DNA of 32,000 bases from positions 210,001 to 242,000 of the forward strand of contig NZ_CP064924.1 in assembly GCF_018336915.1 (NCBI RefSeq), written 5' to 3'. The notes under the pieces are model-generated. The model saw only the letters and a list, made by a program, of their open reading frames with translations. It did not search any database and was not told the DNA's origin. The position numbers and the translations under genes were made by a program. Positions within the stretch are counted from its first letter, which is position 1; each line of letters opens with the position of its first letter. This document shows positions 1 through 6,467 of the stretch, piece by piece. This stretch comes from Acaryochloris marina S15 (GTDB lineage Bacteria > Cyanobacteriota > Cyanobacteriia > Thermosynechococcales > Thermosynechococcaceae).

Positions 1-1141
1 TGCTGGTATAAATCTGGGGATTCGTACCTTCTTGGAACAGAACAATGATGTCAGATCCTCCAAAGAGGAAGTAACCAAACTCATCACCTTTGAGCATATT
101 GTTACCAACGGTGGCTGTCATATTTACGGATGAAACCTGACACATGCCAACGGGAATAACTGCCACAATGCCGACGTCACCGAATGCAGAACCCGTCGTG
201 TCAATGGTCACAATTCCACGAGCTTGGGCAAACTCATACCCCCCTTTGGAACTGTCAGGAGCATCAAATTGGTTGCCAGACAGATTCACATCCAGGTAAA
301 CAAGCCCCTTCACTGCACGACACTCGCGCAACAGACCCGCGACGGGCGTATGGAAACGGTGGTATGAGTAGGGGCCGAGAAAATAGTGGACGAATGTTCC
401 ATTGGCAAATGCGTCTGCATAAGGACTGCCGTGGAGGAGATCCTCGATACTGGCGAATTTATGAGTCTTCTTAATTGTGATTTCCGGGATCTTGGAATCT
501 GGCCCAATAGGAAACATATTACGGTAGGTGCAGTCTGCTGGCGATGTAATGACCGAATTGTCAGCAGGGCTAGCAATTGGGCGTAAACCAGGATTCAGTT
601 CCCGTGCGAAGAACTGATTAAAAGTCAGCCAGCCACTCGGGGAATTAGGCCGACCATTCACCATTGAATCCCCTACCCTATACTTGGGTGAGTCTTTAAT
701 GAATGACTCTAAAACATTCTCGTTAAAAGATTCGATTGTATCGAGGAAGCTACCCCACAAGTTGGCATAAGCAATCAGCCACTGACTAAACCACTCGTTG
801 TTCTCGACGATCTTGCTATCAGTACCAACCTTTTGGTCAATCAGCCAATAGAAGTGGCAGAGGCGATCATAGACTTCCTGCTGCTCATCGGTACCTGGGG
901 CTGTCCATGCTTTATCGGTGCTTTGCTGAGGAATCCACTGCGAAAACTCTTTCAGGTAAGTGAGATACTCAGGGATCTCCACTGGCCAAGAAAGCGCATC
1001 GAAAAGAACAGGGTCGAGTCCTGCTTGTGCTGACGCCTTTGCTAATTGCAATGATTCTTTAAGCAGCTTGGCTAAATCATGATCCTTTTCCAGCTTTGCA
1101 GCCAATTCTGCAATGGGATTAGTTGAAGTGGTTAATGCCAT
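1..1141 (-). CDS. phosphatidylserine decarboxylase-family (pyruvoyl-type) decarboxylase, long form; C-terminal end runs off the left edge
   Basis: Absent from the ORF track because it has no in-window stop. Reverse translation from the ATG at 1141..1139 is open for 380 codons: MALTTSTNPIAELAAKLEKD...FVHYFLGPYSYHRFHTPVAGLL...KGDEFGYFLFGGSDIIVLFQEG. The YHRxHxPxxG block and the FxFGGS self-cleavage-type motif are PSD-family hallmarks. Confidence 0.7.
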   Translation of the reverse strand, partial: MALTTSTNPIAELAAKLEKDHDLAKLLKESLQLAKASAQAGLDPVLFDALSWPVEIPEYLTYLKEFSQWIPQQSTDKAWTAPGTDEQQEVYDRLCHFYWLIDQKVGTDSKIVENNEWFSQWLIAYANLWGSFLDTIESFNENVLESFIKDSPKYRVGDSMVNGRPNSPSGWLTFNQFFARELNPGLRPIASPADNSVITSPADCTYRNMFPIGPDSKIPEITIKKTHKFASIEDLLHGSPYADAFANGTFVHYFLGPYSYHRFHTPVAGLLRECRAVKGLVYLDVNLSGNQFDAPDSSKGGYEFAQARGIVTIDTTGSAFGDVGIVAVIPVGMCQVSSVNMTATVGNNMLKGDEFGYFLFGGSDIIVLFQEGTNPQIYTS

Positions 1142-1200
1142 AATTTACCCCCTGCTTGATGTTGCCTGTTCAGACAGCCAACTTAGCTTAGTGCATAACT

Positions 1201-1533
1201 TTAAAGCCTATAAAAGGGTAAATAATCTTCGTACTTGGACTCGTTGATTCCTACCCTGCATCCCCGACCTCGTAACGTATTCATCGTCGGCAATTTCCTC
1301 AGCAATTCCTGAGTCGGTTGGATACCCAAATCAAGTGAGCATTTCGGGCACAGCCATTTGAAATTTGTCTGAATGGAATTGCCTATGGGTAAGGCCGCGA
1401 TTGCAACCTTGACCTCACGACATTTACAGCAGTGATTCAAATGAGGTGTTTTCAGTAGATAGAATCCTGCCTTCTTCTGCACATTCCAATCTCCAAGGTT
1501 GATCCGGGTCGGCATACTAATTTTGGTTTGCAT
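1201..1533 (-). CDS. hypothetical zinc-ribbon-like protein (two CxxC pairs)
   Basis: ORF 1201..1575. I prefer the internal ATG at 1533 (MQTKISMP...), which has GGAG about 10 nt upstream. CCKC and CPKC lie 24 aa apart. I recognise no family. Confidence 0.4.
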   Translation of the reverse strand: MQTKISMPTRINLGDWNVQKKAGFYLLKTPHLNHCCKCREVKVAIAALPIGNSIQTNFKWLCPKCSLDLGIQPTQELLRKLPTMNTLRGRGCRVGINESKYEDYLPFYRL

Positions 1534-1735
1534 GGTAAATTCTCCATTGAGAAATGGAAGCAATAGCTGCTTCAACTGAGGGCAATTCCTTTAACCGAGA
1601 GCCGCCTTTTTATTGGTCTATTTGCTCAGCAGCAAAAGATTGATAAACATCGAACAGATTATTTTGCTGCCGTGGTAAATTCTGGAGCGATTGTGGACAC
1701 CAATCATCTCAGGGCGATTTGCGCATTCCATGTCG

Positions 1736-1757
1736 CCCCTTCCCCTACCCCTACCCC
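1736..1757 (-). other. G-quadruplex-type motif GGGG-TA-GGGG-TA-GGGG-AA-GGGG (read on the minus strand)
   Basis: The plus strand reads cccc tt cccc ta cccc ta cccc at 1736-1757. This begins 13 nt downstream of the stop of the minus-strand gene 1770..2216. Confidence 0.5.
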
Positions 1758-1769
1758 TAACCAATCACC

Positions 1770-2216
1770 TCAAATCCCAAATTTCTTCTGAGTGGCGATG
1801 AACAAAGTGCTGGCCGCACACTTTATGGTCTCCTCACTTGCCCTATGCTTCTCTAGTTCCCTGGAGGCTTCCTGATAACAGAAGGAATACAGGGCTGCTC
1901 GGTGGGTGATGTAGCTGGCAATCGCATTCTTGGCCTCTCCATCCAGCTCTCCATCATCTAGAGGCACATCCTCAACCACTGGGACCTGACCTGGAACTAG
2001 GGCTTGCTCAACCAGGCTATATTTGCCTTTGCCATCTTTGGCAATCTGGATGGTTTGGCCTCTACGGAGAGCAAGCAAAGCTACATCACCGGGCGGTCCC
2101 CATAACTTGGCTTCTTCGCCATTGTTTACTTTGATTTTGGCGTTGAGGCGGGGACCATACTGGGTATCCCATTCTTTAGCAGGAAAAAGGACTTGTGCGG
2201 TCAATACCTGGGTCAT
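1770..2216 (-). CDS. hypothetical protein
   Basis: ORF 1770..2315. I chose the internal ATG at 2216 (MTQVLTAQVLFPAKEW...) because AAGGAG lies 8-13 nt upstream (plus-strand ctcctt at 2225-2230). I recognise no family. Confidence 0.5.
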   Translation of the reverse strand: MTQVLTAQVLFPAKEWDTQYGPRLNAKIKVNNGEEAKLWGPPGDVALLALRRGQTIQIAKDGKGKYSLVEQALVPGQVPVVEDVPLDDGELDGEAKNAIASYITHRAALYSFCYQEASRELEKHRASEETIKCAASTLFIATQKKFGI

Positions 2217-2423
2217 TGTTTTACTCCTTGCAATGCATCCACTAGAGACAGGATTGGGAGAATGGAAACGGGCATAAGGGTTTCCTCCTGTAGATACGCG
2301 AAACCCCCGACGCATAGGCCAGGGGTGCTTTTAGAAATGAGTTTTAGGTGGGAAGTGGGTTGCTATCCCAATTGCTTCCTGATCGAAGAACACACAACTT
2401 TGGATTGCTCCCATACGTTGGGT

Positions 2424-3245
2424 TTACAGACTCCCCTTGTTCATACGCTTGGTCAACCATGCGGCGACCTCCGTGTTCCCTGCATTCTCTGCATACCAAG
2501 CAGCCGTTATTTGGCTATCATCATGGTCGCACCGATTAACATCAGCACCAGCTTCTACCAAGTGTTGCACAATTGCCAGATTGCCCATGCCTGCAGCCGT
2601 CATGAGAAGTGTCTCGTTCTCTTCAGGGCATTCAGGCGGTAGACCATATCGGAGCAATAGATCCACTAAGCTAAGACTATTCCTCCTGATGGCATTGAGT
2701 AAATGGGTGGAGGTTGAGGGCATGTTGCGTTCAAGCAAAAGTTCTAACATTGGTGCATTATTATTCGCTATCTGACGCCCTACTAAATCGACACGAAAAC
2801 TGGATAAGACCTCTAAGTCTCGATCTGATTCAAGGAGCTTCAAGGATTGTTCAACTTCACCAGAAAGAATCGCCCGAGCGAGTTGCCCGATGTGTTCACC
2901 GTCCTTTCTTGCTCCAGACCGAAGTAACGATGCCTGAATCTTACTCCTTGGGGATTCATCAACTAAAGTGCTGGCTGTCCAGGGTGTCCAGCCGTTTTGA
3001 TCCTCCAGATTGGGATCAGCACCACATTCCAGCAGTTTGTCTACTGCCCTGAATGACCCTTCGTGGATAGCATGGGTTAGAAGTGTGCTCCCGGCTCGCA
3101 CGTATCCCCTTGGAGTGCTCCCTTCAGGACAGATTCCATTCGGGTCTGCACCAGCGGCACAAGATTTCGTAATCTGTTGCAGCGCACCGTCTTTCCTAGG
3201 TTCCAGAACTGAGCGCAACAATTCCTTATCAGCTTGGGTTGCCAT
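2424..3245 (-). CDS. ankyrin-repeat protein
   Basis: 273 aa with repeated ankyrin consensus blocks, for example GSTLLTHAIHEGSFRAVDKLLECGADPNLEDQNGWTP and ETLLMTAAGMGNLAIVQHLVEAGADVNRCD. Confidence 0.8.
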   Translation of the reverse strand: MATQADKELLRSVLEPRKDGALQQITKSCAAGADPNGICPEGSTPRGYVRAGSTLLTHAIHEGSFRAVDKLLECGADPNLEDQNGWTPWTASTLVDESPRSKIQASLLRSGARKDGEHIGQLARAILSGEVEQSLKLLESDRDLEVLSSFRVDLVGRQIANNNAPMLELLLERNMPSTSTHLLNAIRRNSLSLVDLLLRYGLPPECPEENETLLMTAAGMGNLAIVQHLVEAGADVNRCDHDDSQITAAWYAENAGNTEVAAWLTKRMNKGSL

Positions 3246-3249
3246 AGGA

Positions 3250-3405
3250 TCAAACTTTGCTCCAATACACCAGCCTCAAATCCATAGCAGCGACATATTC
3301 TCTAATGACCGCCCCAAGGCTTTCCTGAGTTTGGGCCTGCTCGAAGTCGATGAGTTGGAAGTTAAGGCCATTCCAAACCATAATTTTGGCAAGATGAATT
3401 TTCAT
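3250..3405 (-). CDS. small hypothetical protein (51 aa), possibly coupled to the ankyrin gene
   Basis: Its stop lies 4 nt before the ankyrin ATG. The ATG at 3405 gives MKIHLAKIMVWNGLNFQLIDFEQAQTQ.... There is no SD sequence and no family recognised. The longer 97-aa version looks non-coding upstream. Confidence 0.25.
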   Translation of the reverse strand: MKIHLAKIMVWNGLNFQLIDFEQAQTQESLGAVIREYVAAMDLRLVYWSKV

Positions 3406-3746
3406 GAAAAATAATTTTATCGATTCGGAAGGAAATCCAGATACCAATTCAGGATGCCCACTAGGTCTAGGGAAAAGAAAGAACCCCGACCAGGAGCAGT
3501 CGGGGTAATAGGGAGTAGCCGAAGATGGAGCCCTAAAAGCCAATCAATAAGGGGAGCGCACAGAAATCAATGGGGATGAGTATTGTTGAGCGCTAACTTT
3601 TCTATGGCTATTAAGTTACATCTCTAGCCAAAATCAAGTTGTAAATTTGGGTACAGATTGCAAAATTCTGGGCTAAAAGAGGGAAAGAGAAGAAAAAGTT
3701 GGGGGGAGGGGGGGTAGGGCAGCAGATCCATATTGAAACTAAACCA

Positions 3747-4604
3747 CTAGCTCAGAAATGCTTCAATCACCTTGGCTTGTTGCTTCTTACCATCAGGATC
3801 AAGGCCCGTCTTCAGACTGGCAAATTCTTCGCCCCACTGGGATGTCCTTGTGCGAATGGGTGGCTCTTCCGATTCTATACAATCCATGACAACAGCAGCC
3901 ACTTCATCAGGTGTTTGGTATATATCCGAGCCAGCCTGACGGTTCTGCGCTCCACCAATATACTTTTGCAGGATTGGGGAGTATTCATCATCCAACATGC
4001 CACCCGTTTCTTCAATTTTCTTAAGGGCATTAGCCGCAAATTCAGAGCTAATGCCACCGGGTTCAACGGTCGTAAAATTAATGCCAAAACCTGGCGTGAC
4101 ATAGGAAGCCAGGGATTCCATATAGCCTTCTACCGCAAACTTGGCACCACAGTAAATTTCGTTAAATGGCTGACCGACCAGACCACCGACAGAAGAAACG
4201 GTGATGATGTGGCCGCTACGCTGTTTACGCATATGTGGAATCACAGCCTTTGTGCAACGCACAACACCCATGAAGTTTACATCCATGACCCATTGAATAT
4301 CTTCTTCGCTAGCCTGTTCTGTTGAGCGAATAAAACCTGCACCTGCATTGTTAATCAGCACATCGATCTGACCTTCCTGAGCCATAATCTGATCAACCAC
4401 CGCGTTTACAGTTGTTGTGTCTTGAACATCAAGTCGCAGGACTTCAAGCGAGACTCCCGCTGCTGCTGCTGCGGCATCAAGGACATCACGCTTCTTGAGA
4501 TTTCGCATAGTTGCAAATACCTTGTGTCCCGCCTGGGCAGCTTGCACTGCGATGCTGATACCAAGGCCAGTGGACGTACCTGTAATCAGGATTGTTTTGG
4601 GCAT
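3747..4604 (-). CDS. SDR-family (short-chain dehydrogenase/reductase) oxidoreductase
   Basis: Contains TGTSTGLG (TGxxxGxG cofactor motif), NNAG, and the YCGAKFAVEG catalytic YxxxK motif. The length of 285 aa is typical of classical SDRs. Confidence 0.9.
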   Translation of the reverse strand: MPKTILITGTSTGLGISIAVQAAQAGHKVFATMRNLKKRDVLDAAAAAAGVSLEVLRLDVQDTTTVNAVVDQIMAQEGQIDVLINNAGAGFIRSTEQASEEDIQWVMDVNFMGVVRCTKAVIPHMRKQRSGHIITVSSVGGLVGQPFNEIYCGAKFAVEGYMESLASYVTPGFGINFTTVEPGGISSEFAANALKKIEETGGMLDDEYSPILQKYIGGAQNRQAGSDIYQTPDEVAAVVMDCIESEEPPIRTRTSQWGEEFASLKTGLDPDGKKQQAKVIEAFLS

Positions 4605-4733
4605 GAGGGGATACCTTCAATAGTTTCTGGCTAAAGGGATTGCATTGATTTTAGAAGACATGGGTTTTCTCCCAAAAAGGACATGGCAAAGCATCCCAGC
4701 CCGAAAGCCAGGGTGCAGCGGGAGGAGACGCTA

Positions 4734-5075
4734 TTACTCGCTGGAGTGCATCAGCGTTAGAACCCTGGTTGTTTTCGTTAAATCCCCTGAGTCTTCTGAA
4801 CCATGAATCAGGTTCGGGGCATAGTAATCGATTTTGAAGTTGTAGACTTCACCCTTAAATTCGATGCACCCAAAATTATGCTCTCCTCGTGGGTCATTAC
4901 TGAGATTGAAATCATCGAACGTGCGGACCAGCCTGAAGAGTTCCTGCTGATCGTCGGAGGAAAGACCATCAACTCTTGGGGTGGTGAAGATTCGACCAAG
5001 AGAATGATTGCCTTGGCGAAATTCATCATTGAATTGGGCGATGGTGGATACTTGAGTTGCTTCGATAGTTGCCAT
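4734..5075 (-). CDS. DUF3768-like small plasmid protein
   Basis: 113 aa. NDPRGEHNFGCIEFKGEVYNFKIDYYAP...SEDSGDLTKTTRVLTLM matches my memory of the DUF3768 pattern (DPxGEHDFG...KIDYY...TRVLTIM). GAGGA lies about 10 nt upstream of the ATG. Confidence 0.65.
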   Translation of the reverse strand: MATIEATQVSTIAQFNDEFRQGNHSLGRIFTTPRVDGLSSDDQQELFRLVRTFDDFNLSNDPRGEHNFGCIEFKGEVYNFKIDYYAPNLIHGSEDSGDLTKTTRVLTLMHSSE

Positions 5076-5143
5076 GATGTTGAGTCCTCTGAAATTATCT
5101 GAAACGAGCCAGGGGCAAGGGTGCCCCTCTGCGTTATCTGGAT

Positions 5144-5332
5144 CTAATTCCAGGTATCCTCTGGATGAACATCAGGGACGAAATGGCGTGAGTCTCCAGA
5201 ATCCAAAGGTTGGTGTTGGTAGCCGTCTTGGGTCGGGATATTGAGATGCTGCTTGGGAGCAATCCAAGTCTGCTCGTATCGCTCATAGTCAGTTTTTGTT
5301 TGCCAAGCTTCGGTTAGAGTATCGGTTAACAT
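5144..5332 (-). CDS. hypothetical protein (62 aa)
   Basis: An ORF with a GAGGT SD-like sequence about 9 nt upstream of the ATG. No family recognised. Confidence 0.4.
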   Translation of the reverse strand: MLTDTLTEAWQTKTDYERYEQTWIAPKQHLNIPTQDGYQHQPLDSGDSRHFVPDVHPEDTWN

Positions 5333-5363
5333 TTTAGTTACCTCGTATTGTTTGTACGTGGAC

Positions 5364-5404
5364 AGAGCCGCTGAGGATCTGCCAGGAAAGTCAGCGGCTC
5401 TTTT
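5364..5404 (+). terminator. strong hairpin followed by a T-run (intrinsic-terminator-like)
   Basis: agagccgctga (5364-5374) pairs perfectly with tcagcggctct (5391-5401), giving an 11-bp stem and a 16-nt loop, followed by tttt. No plus-strand gene lies upstream of it. Confidence 0.4.
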
Positions 5405-5569
5405 GAATGAAAGTTTTTTGAAATCATTTCAGTTTGTAGCACTGAAGGGCATCGGGCTATCCCCGGTGGCTGCGGTATCAGCAGTTTGACCAGCACTCAG
5501 CAGAACTCGCTTATTCAGTTGTCTGTTTGGGTAAGGGAACTTTTTGTTCGAGCGGTGTGTTCAACCGCT

Positions 5570-5739
5570 TATGCATACATAATACACTTAAATTTGTGTG
5601 TAGTAAATATATTCTTGTGTATTAATATATTTATATACAATCTATACACATCTAAATATCATTTATTAGCACTTTTCTTGTGTGCTATCCTCATAGCTAA
5701 ATATGGACACTACAAGATATTTATAAGAAGGAGTTTCTT
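5570..5739 (+). promoter_or_regulatory. AT-rich control region with repeated TGTGTA/TACACA half-sites upstream of the HTH gene
   Basis: By eye this is roughly 75-80% A+T. TTCTTGTGT occurs at 5612-5620 and 5675-5683. tgtgtat (5616-5622) and atacaca (5644-5650) form an inverted pair. AAGGAG at 5728-5733 precedes the ATG at 5740. Confidence 0.35.
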
Positions 5740-5961
5740 ATGGTTATTGCAGAGTTGGTTAAATGGAAGTTACGAGCGATCATGGCTGATCGCCAAATCA
5801 CTAACGCAGATCTAGCCCAAAGGGTTGGACTTCATGTAAATACCATCAGTAAATGGAAAAACGTGAATGAAATGCCTAGGATTAGTGGCCCTGAGTTAGA
5901 TGAACTCTGTGCTGCATTGCAATGCACAGTCTTAGATCTTCTTGGAGAAGGTAAAGTTTAG
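5740..5961 (+). CDS. XRE/Cro-C1-type helix-turn-helix transcriptional regulator
   Basis: 73 aa. ITNADLAQRVGLHVNTISKWKN is a classic HTH segment. A strong SD sequence precedes the start. The gene lies directly upstream of rep. Confidence 0.85.
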   Translation: MVIAELVKWKLRAIMADRQITNADLAQRVGLHVNTISKWKNVNEMPRISGPELDELCAALQCTVLDLLGEGKV

Positions 5962-6251
5962 CTTTTATCTTTCTCTTCTCTTTCTTCTGAAGAAGTAATT
6001 TCAGAATTTGCATACCATCCTTCCAAGATATGCAAGATGCAAAAAATAACTCTATCTAAATCTCTGTCCTAATGTTCGCTATGTAAGTTTTAGGAATAAA
6101 AACTTACCATCAACAAATAGCAGTGAGATATTTACCCAATAAGACTCTGAACGCATTCTTGAAACATCTCCACACTTATCCCCAGAAGCGTTCAATACAA
6201 AGTTATTCCAAGGTGAAAGTGAGGTGAAAGCCATGTAAGCCCATTAAACGT

Positions 6252-6286
6252 AAAAAACCCCACTGCTTGTAACAGTAGGGCTTTTA
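6252..6286. terminator. terminator-like hairpin flanked by an A-run and a T-run in the rep leader
   Basis: The sequence is aaaaaa-ccccactg-cttgtaa-cagtaggg-ctttt. The stem is 3 bp, one mismatch, then 4 bp. The flanking A6 and T4 runs would let it act in either direction. Confidence 0.35.
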
Positions 6287-6467
6287 AGCGTCCAAGCACT
6301 CCCAATATTTCGAGGAACTCGAACTCAATGCTATTTGACTGAGCATGGTTTGGGTCTCCAAAGGAGCCGTATGTCCATCTTAGCTCAAGATACATGCTGG
6401 TCAAGATTGCTATGGGCAATTTCTGACCAAATGGCTCCCTACGTCACATTTCTAGGGAACCCCAATC

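Noticed and set aside
3699-4325. A 208-aa plus-strand ORF lies antisense to the SDR gene.
   Set aside because: It has no recognisable motifs, whereas the opposite strand encodes a textbook SDR with all catalytic motifs.
5486-5815. A 109-aa plus-strand ORF spans the AT-rich region and runs into the HTH gene.
   Set aside because: Its translation is dominated by I/L/F/Y/N/K codons from AT-rich DNA. It overlaps the well-supported HTH gene out of frame and has no SD sequence.
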